Part shown: positions 41,396 to 53,718 of the stretch, in pieces
Position numbering within the stretch: position 1 is the stretch's first letter
Layout of the letters: each line of letters starts with the position of its first letter
From: Phoronis australis
Taxonomy: Eukaryota; Animalia; Phoronida
NCBI GenBank assembly: GCA_002633005.1
Contig: NMRA01000257.1
Coordinates: forward strand, 469,296 to 533,295
Length of the DNA: 64,000 nucleotides
Reading direction: 5' to 3'
Program-made: the position numbers and the translations under genes
The notes under the pieces: model-generated
Told to the model about the DNA's origin: nothing
What the model saw: only the letters and a program-made list of their open reading frames with translations
Database searches by the model: none

Positions 41396-42357
41396 CCTCG
41401 AAACAGAGTCTTGCCTCCTTGAACTAGAGAGCCTTTGAAATAAAATCAACAGCTCTGTGTTTGAACTTATCAGACAATCTTTGGTATCGATTTTGCAGAA
41501 TGTTTGCTTTGAAAATGGTTCACACGAAAGTGCAACACAGATTGGTTTTCACAGACCGAACGGTTATTGCCATCAGTGTCGGAATACTGCTCAAAACTTT
41601 ACCTTTTTTAATTTCTTTTCAATTTTGAAAACGTGTGTGCAAGGTGTTCCCACACCTTTTCGCAGCCTCTCGTTTGTGAAAAGACCTCTTTTCACCTTTT
41701 ATTGATTAAAAAAGGATTTAAAGTTCGATTTCATGTCTTCATGTTCACGTGCTACACCTTTTATATGACAAGAACATTACTTGTTACCAACCACGAGTGT
41801 AAAAGTGTTGAAAGTTAATACATGTGGCGCCTTTTGCTTGGCTTCAAATGATCAACTTTCAAAAACTGAAAGGTGATGCAAGCTCGTATTTTGAAAAAAT
41901 TCTATTCGCCTTTCGGTTACACCTTCCCATATATTAATCTGTAATCCTAAAATGCAAATAATGAGCAAAAATTACAACCAACATGAGAAGAGCGTCTGTA
42001 GCATGTTCGATAAAAATTATTTAAGTATTAAATTATTTTATGTAAGCTATACTGCTTCGTCCTCATTATCATATTGTTTGGATTCTCGGGTCAGTGACCC
42101 TCTTTGTTCTACGATTATTGGTTTAATTGTACCACGTGATCTCTTTGTCTCGTCGCAACACTGGGCCATCGTCCACAATTCTCTCCAAATTTCAGTTTGC
42201 ACTCAATTTCTCTTTCCCTCCCTCCCGCAAACCAATTTTCCTTACTTCCCTGTTTATCCTTACCTTCCCCATGTCGCTGTCCCGGTGTTGCTGTTATGCT
42301 TCCGCATATTATAACTTAACTTTCTATTCACCACTTATGTATACCTTCATTGCTGCT

Positions 42358-42525
42358 AGGCAGATTGTCACCCACCTTTACAGTTCAACATATTATGTAA
42401 CTTTTGTAATTACCGATATCTGTAGTAGTTTAGTTTGTCATAATATATATGACCTTTTATCTCATCTACACGTGTTGTTTCACTGTAAACTAGCTTCGGT
42501 ATCGCTTCGCAGTTAGCGCATATAA
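42358..42525 (+). repeat. Dispersed repeat shared with 20758-20925
   Basis: Near-identical ggcagattgtcacccacctttacag...gttagcgcatataaa. Confidence 0.85.
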
Positions 42526-43651
42526 ATGGGCCATTATGTAAAAAATCAAATCTCCCAAAATGTTGGTCATTCTGGCCAAAATGTTACCCTGCAAGTTTAA
42601 TGATAAATAACAAATGTGACGTAGCTCTTGCATGTCCGGAAAGAGGACGGTTTTATGAAGAAATCACCTCTCCGGGACACGCAAAAATGTTGCTCTTGAA
42701 ACCCATAACACGTAAAAGATTCAAATATGAGGGTTACTGCAACTGTAAAACGCATTACATGGACACAAGAGGATCCACTTGTATAGAAACAGCATCTCCG
42801 TGACATGCGCAATAAAGTATCTCCGTGACATGCGCAATAAGTCAGACTGAAATCGATAATAAAATCCATAATAAAAAGTTTGTATTGTTAAACATGATAC
42901 ATGAAACTTTAAGCAAAACATTCCCTCACTCAATTCTTGTTCATCGTCTTGTTTGCTATAACATACTCCACACAATAGAAATCGTAATTTTAGTGCTCGT
43001 GCCTTACTTATTCCAATAAAGTTTCACACGTCTATTGACCTCTACACAGGATGTCTCCATTAACCTCATTCTATCAGATAAAAATTGTTCTTTGTGAAAT
43101 CGGTATGAAAGATTAAGGTTGCTTTTGAACTACAAAAACTATTGAACTTTAACTTGGCATGAGCCTACAGGTAAAATGTTAGAGTAGGTGTGACAAAAAT
43201 AGCAGCGGATTCCAACAGAGGCATCGTTCATTTCAATAACAGCACGTTAAATTATTTGAAGATAATGGGTTCCCGACTCGCATTAGCAAAGAGATAATGT
43301 GTCTAATATGGGTATAGCCGGCTGTAATCCATATTGCGTTTATATGAAATGAACGGTGTTTTCATTTCATGACGCCAGCGACAAAAACACTCTGCAGCTT
43401 CAATTTAGAGAGTTGGGTGTGAAGTAGCTATTGTCTCCGATCTCATTTAGAAACAAGTTTTCGCTATCACCCCACGTCAACTTTAGTCTGTGTTCCTTGT
43501 AACCGCCATCCACGCACTAAAAGTGTTGTCTACTCCTATGGAAATATTTTGAATGTCAAAATATTCAACGTTTACAGAATTCATAGCAAACAGCTTGCCT
43601 ATGAATCCCTAATTTTTTTCTTCCTTGTTGAGTTGTACTACAGGGTGCACC

Positions 43652-44414
43652 ATACGGCGTTTTTTCTTCAAAAATTCACCATTTACGGACATATATGGAA
43701 ACATAAAAAATCTTGGTTAGGACTACCGCAACGGGTTTATACGTATACTATTGATGTCGTATCTCTCGTTATAACCTCGGCGTGGAAGAATAAAGTATGC
43801 AGTAGCCCTACTCCTCGGCAGGCTCCGCCGGGCGATCACTTGGCGTCCTCAGCTTCTGATCGTCCCCAATACACTACATATAATACTACAAAGTATGACA
43901 CTCGGGACTAGAAATTCCACGGGAGCTTCGATTCAGCTGTCCATGTCAAACACATATCTCAATAAATTTACAAAAAACATGGTTCATCAAACCATGAGAA
44001 ATCGTTCTTTCTTATAATACCATTCAAGGTGTCCTGCTCCAGCAAGTTCGCAAGAAATTCGCTGTCAAAGCACAAAAATGTTCCCAATGTAAAAAGCCAA
44101 AACAAGGCTTCGNATACGGCGTTTTTTCTTCAAAAATTCACCATTTACGGACATATATGATCGTCCCCAATACACTACATATAATACTACAAAGTATGAC
44201 ACTCGGGACTAGAAATTCCACGGGAGCTTCGATTCAGCTGTCCATGTCAAACACATATCTCAATAAATTTACAAAAAACATGGTTCATCAAACCATGAGA
44301 AATCGTTCTTTCTTATACGATACCATTCAAGGTGTCCTGCTCCAGCAAGTTCGCAAGAAATTCGCTGTCAAAGCACAAAAATGTTCCCAATGTAAAAAGC
44401 CAAAACAAGGCTTC
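43652..44414. repeat. Duplication around N at 44113 (probable haplotype artefact)
   Basis: 43652-44112 vs 44114-44414; the second copy lacks about 160 bp (about 43698-43858). Confidence 0.85.
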
Positions 44415-45748
44415 GCATTTGACTGTTCGAGGTCAAGGACGATACCGAAATTACCGATGAATTACGGATGGACGGCGTTATCGACATCGTGACTTTACAC
44501 AACAAACCGGCAACTTCCGTAACCCTCCTACTATTTGGTTTCAAACAGTCAGACGACAATTTCAATTTACGGTTCCTAAAGCGAGGCTACGAAGCTGCCG
44601 GGAAACAAGCCACCTCAATTTAGCAGCCGGCTTCAAGCCTTCTTGTCACCATGGTTTATAGTACATCGACCGCCCACTCCGTACATCTTCAATGTGACGT
44701 CACTATTGACTAACGGAACAACCCTGTGACACCGCGCCACCTATACCGTAGTACTGCAAAAGACGTTACTCTCTCTACGGCCACTGGTACTGCGAAAGAG
44801 TGTATAATACCCGATACCCTCTGACACAGCGCCACCTATACTGAAAAGTGGCCCTCGGTGGAAACATGATGAACGACACACGAAATTCAGTGTGTGGGCA
44901 TCAATGCGCATGCCTTGGTCGGAAGTATAGGCCTACCGATCCCATCGCAACCCTTGCAGACGCCTTTATATACTGTACTCGTTTAGTCTTAAGCTACTGG
45001 ATCGGGGTTCTTTGATTTTGTTTACTTCGACCATTGCCCGTGTTAATAAAATGCAACTATTCAAGGTGAGAGGTGGTCGCCATACACGGCGACAGTAAAC
45101 TGAAAGGAGTTTCTCAGATTTCAACTAATGGGAATGACTGGAGTTTTATGACGTCGGTTTCATTACTTAATGAGAAGCCATGTTAAACAACATTCGACCG
45201 TCAGTGCTACCGTAGCACTATGAAAGTGTGCAAGTGTATAACGGTATCTGCATTGTTACCAAGTCTTACTTCCGGCGAGTACACGTCCGTGCTATTGTCG
45301 CCTGTTGTGTGGTCGGTTTGACTGAGCTTTCACAATGTCAAGACCCCACAACCAACTTTGGGAGCAACAACTAGTCATATGCATTATAGAATATAGACAA
45401 CAGATGCGCAACTCCGATATTTTCCTTTGGAATAACCCAGAGGAGGCAAACTGACTCAGGTTAGTGAAATTCTGACCTATTTTTACAGTCTACTACAACG
45501 AAAGACAATAATTTCGGCATTGAAACGCTATCCAAAGTCTTCCAATATGTTGTAGAACACTTGGTATCGGGAGTAGGCCTACTTTTGGCATTGCAAACAG
45601 GTCGTGTAATTGCAAAATTCAAATTTCATTTCGTAAGAACGGAAGTAGTTATAATAATTACAGTCTGCGCCAGAATTCTTGCGCAGTAGTTATTCAGAAA
45701 CGGAAATTGCGCACGCATCCTTCTTCAATGTAACTATTTGACAACCAG

Positions 45749-46715
45749 GGCCCGGTCTCTAATCTTTGTACTCGAAACGGACTCGAAATTATTTTTTGGC
45801 AATTTCTGTGCTCCTTTTGGGTGAAATCAAGATAAGTGGTTATCAGACTGTGCTCGAATAATTATAGTTTAATGCATATGAGTTTCTAGTCCAAGTTTGC
45901 ACTTGAAGACCCACGAATGTAAGGGCCTTACATTCCGTGCTACAAACTCGAGTAAAAACTCGAAATTTCGAGTTCAAACTCGAATGTTTAGCTTTAATGT
46001 TGAGTTTATCAACTGCGTACTAGAACTAATAAATTATCCACGTAAGGCATTGTGTACTCGAGCGTACACTTACCTTGAGTTCCCACAAAAGAAGAGTAAA
46101 AAAATAACAAATGATATTTCACTCGTTAAATATATTTATGTGAGAATATGGACTCGTCCCTCTTATACCCCCATTTTTCGGACTGGTCCAATAACCCCTT
46201 GTGTAGATTCGCATGCGGTCCTCCTGCACTCGAGGCACTAGGTCATTCCATTTCCAGCCTCACTATTGGTTCGTTTGTGTTACTGCCACGAGTTTGGTCA
46301 GCTCCTGGCTCCCATAGGCTGATGATTGCCACGTGCCATAGGGCTCCTTTGTTCTCAGTAAAGTTATATTTCCTGCCATCAGTACTTCGCTTTAGCAGCA
46401 CTTAGGTTCGAGTCTAATCTCTCTTCATTTTTTCCCACCCTCTACCACCCTCTCCTTTGGGTAGTTCCTCTTACCTGAGTGCTGGCGCTTTTTATTGCCC
46501 ATCTTTCCAGAGATTATTATTTTATCTTTTGTTATTTGTACACTCATATTTCTGTACCTTACCAGTCATAATAAATGACCTTATATCGCCTATACACGGT
46601 CTCCTTTGTATCTCTGGAAACGGAGCTTGCGACGCACCTATTATTTTCGGGACATATTCCGAGCATAAACATAATTTCGAGTTCCATTTCGAGTAGAAAG
46701 ATTAGAGACTGGGCC
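45749..46715. mobile_element. Harbinger/PIF-like MITE
   Basis: ~45-bp TIRs GGCCC(G/A)GTCTCTAATCTTT..CTCGAAATTAT; CAG on both flanks (3-bp CWG TSD). Confidence 0.7.
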
Positions 46716-46718
46716 CAG

Positions 46719-46855
46719 GGCTGAATTGCATAAAGCTTCAAAAGTTGCCCGCTGGGTAAGTTTGACGTCAGGTGCATTGTTCAACGACCAACGAGACGCG
46801 TGATAAGGCGACGTCATTGTTGCTATACGGCGTATAACTTTTATGCAACAGGGCC
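46719..46855. mobile_element. Short Harbinger-like MITE
   Basis: Imperfect TIRs GGCTGAATTGCATAAAG / CTTTTATGCAACAGGGCC, flanked by CAG and CTG. Confidence 0.55.
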
Positions 46856-46946
46856 CTGACGTATACACATTATCTCGAATCAAAATCGTAAAATTCCTAT
46901 TCTAAATTCATCCGTCCACCTTTGTGGGAGTAAGTTTGCTCTAATT

Positions 46947-49900
46947 ATGGCAGCCAGTGAAGTGAATGCAAGTGTCGACGCTGAAAACGGTTTATTCGTG
47001 CCTGGCAGTGTATCCGACACTGGGTTTCTTGACAGTGGTGATTCTCGTGGAGAACCCAGCGCTCATGAGGCCTTTGATCAGGGTGACAGTGACAACACAG
47101 CCTCTAGTCACGAGTTCTGCGACTCGGAGATTGACTCATGTTACTCACCCACTGAGCTAGACTTGACCCTCTGGCTATGACAGTCAAATCTGTGGAGTTG
47201 TCACTGTCGAAAGACCAGGTGGCATTCGTTGTCACGCGCTTTACTGAGTATTTTCCCAGTACAGCTTTGAAAAGACTCCATACTCGATCACACGCCCAGT
47301 CCGACCACAACCAGAGCTTACAATTGAGCCTCTTGATAGTGATGTTCCATATTTAGGTTACACCGCCAGCTCATTAGCCAGTAGCCGATGCGGACGACAG
47401 TTCTAAATATGTGCTGAATACCATAAGCCCTCTCGGCGCCTTTTGGTAGAAACCTGAGAGAGCCAAGTGTGCGGGAGAGGACGTTGACCCATTGGAATTC
47501 CGATCGATTAGTGAAACAGTCCACGATGGTCATTGACCAAACCAATACTGCCATCTCGAATAACAGACGAGTGAGCGTACCGTCCCGAGACAATAAGAAT
47601 GCAGACAACTTGGTAGAAGCCATGCGCGCACCCAGCCTTTAATATGGGGGGGCTCGAATTTCTGATGACGTGGAGCTTTTGCTGACAAAAAAAGGCGGCA
47701 GGACTAAATAAAACAAAGAAACGGAATACCACCTTCAGAACTGTGAACAGTGCGTCTGCGCCTTTTTGGTGGACTTTGCCTCGTTTTCTGGGACTTTTTG
47801 TTTCTCTGTGGCGGACCTTTTTGCCCACTTCGCCAAATGGGGGGGCTCATTCGAGTCCCCCGAGCTCCCCCCCGGCCGCCCCTGGGTGCGCGCATGTTAG
47901 CCAAAGCCAATGTCATTTTAAACACGTCGTCGATACTGTTTGGTTGCAAGTTCTACAAGGCACTACAAAAAATGTCAAAAGCAGAGCCGTGATATCAAAG
48001 GTCACCTTGGGAACGGACATCAAAGACCAAACAGGCCGCTTTTTCAAGGGATGCGTCAACCACCGCCAGCACCCCTCGCAGATCAAGAAGAAAAGCTCCC
48101 GGTCACGTCACAGTGGACGGGGCAAGGCCAAGCATGTACTTTCCAAACACAATAACAGTGCCACTACAACCACACATTGCAGAAGTGCAAGTTGCACACT
48201 GGTCACTAGAAGTGCCAAGCCAGGACGTCCCCCTCAACGTACTAGCAAGAAACTCACACACTCAGCTTCGCACTCTGGGCATGTTTGCTCCTGTTCACTT
48301 AGCAAACACAACGCCGCTAGGAAGACGAATCGCCTGATTTCTACACTATTGGCGAAAGGTAACAAACGACACCTGGGTGCTACAGGCAGTTCAGGATTAT
48401 GCACTCAATCTATTCGAACAACCAACTCAGGGGAAAAGTTTCTGCCCAACATTCCCAAAAAAGTTCCTCACAGAGGCCCCTCTGAGCAAAGGCGCAATCG
48501 CTCCAATAACACCCACTGTCGGCCAATTCGTCGGACGCATTCTCCTAAGGGAACAAAAAGATGGCAGTTTTCGACCGGTGTTCAATGTACAACCACTAAG
48601 CAGGTTAATAAATGACAAACACTTCAAAATGGAAGGCATGGCAACAGTGGTATCGCTGATTCAACCAGGCGATTGGATGTGCACCATAGATCTAAAAGAC
48701 GCTTATTTCTGCGCCCCAATAGCACAGAAACATCGTCGCTATCTGCGGTATGCTTGGAGCCTATCAATGTAAGAGTTTCAGTTTTGCCCATTCAGACTAA
48801 GCTCAGCCCCTCGAGTGCTCACAAAGCTCATGAAGTCGGCCGTGGCATTCTTGCAAAGAATTGGTGACACGCTGTTGATTTACCTCAACGACATTATAAT
48901 ACTGAACCAGACAAAGGAAGACTTAGCAACCGACAGGACCTCGGCTCTCTGACTCGATCCTCCAGATGTTATTTTTTATAAATTGGGAGAAATCGCAACT
49001 TTCAGACGGTAGAGTAAATGGGTTTCGTTTTGGACTCCCTGAAAATGAACCTTTTATTGCCAGAAGGGAAATAATGAAAGTGCTGTGCAAATGCCAACAA
49101 ATACTGGACCAAACAACGATTACTGCCAGGGAGCTGTTACAGTTCATACTACAGTTCAGTACATCCACTCTGGCAGTGTTCTCAGAACCCTTGCACTATC
49201 GGCAAATGCAGAAATCTTGAGCCCTGTTCAAGGGACGCCAAATAACAGAACCCGGCTCGAGTTGACACTGGAGCGCAAAGAGGAGATCCGATGGTGGCTA
49301 CATTACCTCCGACAATGGAATGGCAGGGCGATTGTCACCCCCTCTTCCGACCTGATCATCACCACGATGCTTCACAAAAGGGCTAGGGAGCGGAGTGCAA
49401 CAAAGTGACCACGCAAGGTCTCTGGACCTAATCGGAAGCCTAGGAACACATAAATGTGGTAGAACCAAAGGCAAAATGAGCCCACGATTACATTGCAAAT
49501 GGTGTGTTTCTAGGGATGTATATTTGTACCATAAAAATGGCTACTAGATGGCGCAAAATACGTCGAATCCATCTAAAAACAAGAACGTGCCACCGTTTCT
49601 TTAATACAAAGCTATTTACTAAATTCCATATAAGTCTGTCAAGGAACTTCAGAGCAACAAAGGAAAACCTAAAAAATGAAATTGCCACTAGGGGTCACAG
49701 CATTTCCCGGATTCGTCTGAAAGTCGTCCTCGTCCGTTGCCAACTTAATATAAATGCACTTGCTATATTTAATAAAGATCCTCAGTAGGTTTAGGGAATA
49801 GAAATATGAGTACAAAAAACTGCCACTAAGAGGCAAAGTCGTTAGAAAATCATTGCCAACCGTCCTCTTCACACGTTCGTACCAATTTTCGCAATCATCC

Positions 49901-51610
49901 TTAGAACAGTTTCGTTGATAAAGGGGAGGACGCCAAAAACAGACTCGAAAACAGCACAAAAATGGACACTGGATGGCGCAAAATACCTCGAATCCATCTC
50001 AAAACGGAAGGATAGTGTCATCTCATCACTAGATGCTTATATGCTAAATTTTATGAAAATCCGTTGAGGATCATTAAAGATAGAAGTAAACGTAAAAAAT
50101 AAAAACTGGCACCGGTAGTCGAATCCGTCCGAAAGTTCGCTCATGCTATCCCATTCATGAAAGGAACACATGTTGAAAATTTCATGAAGATAGATCAAAG
50201 GGTTTTGGAGATAGAGCGGACGGACGGACGGACGGACGGATGGACGGACGGACGGACGGACGGAAGGAAATGACGGCCTAATGCATCCACATATAACTAT
50301 GAGGGCGTAAAAAGATGGGAGGTCCACGATCCCGAACTCTGCTTCAAGTGACACGGGACCTGAGGGACTACTATCTCTCACGCAGGATAATAATTACTGC
50401 TCAGCAACTAGGCCTACCAGGCGTGCAGAACGTCATAGCGGACAACCAATACAGAGTGTTCACGGGCAAGAGCAACTGGATACTTCCCCGCGAAGTAGTC
50501 ACCCAGCTAGACAAAATGTGCAGAACTTTTGCCGTGGACCTCTTGACAGATCCGAAACAACGAAGTTTGTTAGCTAGAACCCGGGCCCACTAGCAATAAC
50601 GACGGATGCTTTCACATCGAACTGGAGCAGCATGAACACATATGCATTCCGCCCGTTTTGCTTCATAAGCCGGTGCCCAGTCAAAGTGCGTAAGGAGACC
50701 TCTTTGACACTAGTCTCTCCTGTGTGGCCAGGTCAACCCATGCTCCTGAACATGAGCGTCGATTTGCCGATGCTGTTGTCACATGCTCCACGAGTACTGA
50801 CGTCCCCCAAGAGGACACACATATAGTAATCCTAGCCAACTCTAGCAGCTTGGACAGTCTCAGGGAACATCGGCCAACACACGAGTTTTCTGAAGACGTT
50901 GCATTCTTGCTGCGTGAGAAGGCACATGAGAATTTTACGCAGGCCCTGGGTTAGCTGGTGTCGTGAAAAAGCGGTTGATTCCTTTCAAGCCCGTTTGGCA
51001 AATGTAGCAGACTTTCTTGCACCCTAGTTTCACAGAAGACTCGAGTATGCTACTGTGAACAACCACATGTCATCCTTGTCGACATATCACCAGCCAACTG
51101 ACAGGACCCCAGTAGGCCAACACCCGGTCATCAAATGCCTCTTGCGAGGAATGTTTAACACCCCTCCCCCAGGGCAAGGTACATCAACACTTGGAATGTG
51201 AATGGCCTCCTGCTATATATAGCATCGTTGTTAAAAACAATGAATAATTGTCACTCAAAGAGTTGTCCCAGAAACTGCCAATGCTGTAAGCGTTGACTAC
51301 AATCACCAGAGGCTCGGAGTTGCATAAAATCAATCCCACGTGAATAACTGACTATGGGGACTAAAACCAAAGGACCTAACGTTCCTTTTTTAACTTTTTC
51401 ATCGTAACCTTTTAACGATAATTAGAAGCTATGTGTTGTGAAATGTTCTAGAACATGTAGAACAGCCAATTCGAGAATGACTCGAAATCAAACGAACCAC
51501 CTATTTGCATCAGACATCACAAGGTTGTGATGGCTTGTTCTATAGCACGATGGCTCAAAGCTCTTGTCTGCAACCGGAATTGATACTTCAATTTTCAAAG
51601 CAGTTTGGTC
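46947..51610 (+). mobile_element. Decayed DIRS1-like tyrosine-recombinase retrotransposon
   Basis: Broken gag-like region; RT motifs (WRKVTNDTWVLQAVQDY, KDGSFRPVFNV, HFKMEG, IDLKDAYF, LSSAPRVLTKLM, YLND in place of YLDD); RNase H (EEIRWWL..WNGR, KMGGPRS, LPGVQNVIAD); methyltransferase-like remnants (VDLL, YAF.PF, PVWPGQP); recombinase remnants (LTTITRGSELH, IARWLK). Many stops and frameshifts; boundaries approximate. Confidence 0.85.
49490..50312 (-). repeat. Same ~145-bp subunit family, inserted into the DIRS RNase H region, with (GGAC)n microsatellite
   Basis: Motifs at 49540, 49684, 49822, 49965; (GGAC)n at about 50217-50265. DIRS coding resumes at KMGGPRS (ATG at 50315). Confidence 0.7.
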
Positions 51611-52063
51611 TTGAAGAGAGGTAAATATGTTTGTTCATTAAAGATCTGCCTACGATAAAACCATATGGGTTACCACAGTTTAAACTAAGTAGCTTCTTTG
51701 GAAGCGCTGTACACGTGGGTTGGTGAGGGAAGTCGACAGTGTTGACGACTTAATGAGTGAGTACAAAAAGTCCCAGGCTTAAAATTCTAACATGATGCAG
51801 AACTTTAATCATTCTTAATTAAATACGAATTACATTTAATTCAATAAGTCTATTGAAATGTTGTTTTTTCATGAATGTTCAGTATGTTAATTAATTTATC
51901 GAGTTGTAATTGCCTTCTTAACAAGTTGTCTAAACCAAGACTTTATTATGTTCGCCAAAGAGCTGTCTATGTCTTTGTAAATGAACTTACACACTATCAC
52001 TCTGTTACACTTGTCTTGGGTGCAGTTACTATTTACCTTTAATTTTGTTTCTCATTTTTGCAG

Positions 52064-52186
52064 GTGCGACCAATTGTATACACAGATTTTGAAAATGCTC
52101 TTAGTCAACTGCGTGCCATGGTGTCCCAATCTGACCTCCATCTTTATCTAGAGTGGAATACCAAATTTGGAAGTTGCAGTGCTTAA
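52064..52186 (+). pseudogene. FIGNL1: Duplicated FIGNL1 terminal exon (orphan copy or alternative last exon)
   Basis: Same acceptor (ctcatttttgcag), same 123-nt length and stop position as 24723-24845. Translates [40 protein letters not shown]; 16 nt differences by hand count. Confidence 0.85.
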
Positions 52187-52384
52187 CGTCATGATGGTCA
52201 TTGACGCGGTTTGTTAAATAATCCTTCTTATCACATTTACTGTTGGGTATTGAAAAAAAAACGGTTTGCTGTCATGAAGTTCACCTTTTACGTTTACTAG
52301 TGACTTGATATATAAATTTAAAAGAAAAAATAAAAACTCACGTTTGCTTATTTAGCATGGAGCTTCATCATCTCTCCTTTAGTT

Positions 52385-52602
52385 GACTTCTCAGGTAGAC
52401 GTAGTCACCACGTGACATATAGACCGACTTCTCTGGTAGAAGTAGTCACCACGTGACACTTAGACAGACTTCTCTGGTAGACGTAGTCACCACGCGACAC
52501 TTAGACAGACTTCTCTGGTAGACGTAGTCACCTTCTCTGGTAGACGTAGTCACCACGTGACACTTGGACCGACTTCTCTGGTAGAGGTAGTCACCACGTG
52601 AC
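52385..52602. repeat. Paralogous 41-bp minisatellite, about 5.5 copies
   Basis: Same unit as 25052-25335, with one truncated unit. Confidence 0.9.
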
Positions 52603-53718
52603 CCATGAACATGTTTCACTACACAGACATTTCTCTACTCACTCTGCGTTCCTCGGTTACATTTACTGCTCCATGTATACAGAACTCAGTCATACACACA
52701 TCACTGTCAGCATACGCATAGCTGTACTTGGCTGTTCGTAGGCGGGGGGGTCATATGGGCCATATGACATACCTTTGCGTCAATGGAATTGTGCAACTAG
52801 GAGAATTTCACCCCCTGCAGTTACCCCCCCCCCCCTCTTCTTGTCGTATGTCTCCTCCCATTTTTCCATTGGATGCTGCGCTGCTCGAATTTTCCTCGAT
52901 TTTCCCGAATCTGAACCCCCTCCCACCAAATAGGCCCGTGACTGCCACAGTTAGATAACCCTTCATCCAAATATACTATTCATCCACTGATGCACGACGC
53001 AGTCACCAAGCTCATCAAGCTCACCAGACATTCACTACAGTTGAGTTGCGGAAGTACTAGTAGACAATAAATGATAGATAAAATACACCAGGAGAATTCA
53101 ATAAAGGATTGTTAAAGTACACAAGGAGAATTGAAATCAAGAGCACATCTTCAGGAAGCCTCGCTAGTGAGTCTTTGCATTCCCTTGACACTCTTGGAAT
53201 AACTCACTGAGACATTTCGGGGAATCCCCAAATTCTTGGTAGGCCACCTCTAATTTTAATTAGTTAAAACTTAACAATCGAAATCCATTTGTAAAGGAGC
53301 TTATTTCAATGTACGACACCAGTTTTATGCTTATTTCCTTCTTCACGTCTGGTTTTCTTGTGTCAGTATTAGCAAACTTTTTTCAGAATTTACCTCAAAT
53401 TTAAGCGTTTTGGCTTGTACACACAAAAAATTGACTTTTGAATTTTTCTTTATCTGTTCGTAGTTCAGCTGTTTTCAAGTGTTTTTAAGAGTTCGTGTAC
53501 ATGTTGATGGCTTTATGAAGAGTAATTAATATGGAGCGCTACATCCGCAGGACCAAAAATGGCCGCTGTGGAGGGAAGTAGGCTATGTTTGCAATCACAA
53601 CAGGCTGTGAGATGTAACTCTGTGACGTCATGGTATTTAATTTTTTAAGTTTTTTGACGCACCTCAGACCAACTAATTCCGCAAATATTTGATGAAATAC
53701 GTTTTTCGAGCGACATAC

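Noticed and set aside
40659-41438. 259-aa + strand ORF
   Set aside because: Antisense to the lectin gene's first coding intron and exon, spans an N in poly-G, no motif.
47743-48615. 290-aa ORF as a host gene
   Set aside because: Off-frame overlap with the decayed DIRS gag/pol region; no domain recognised.
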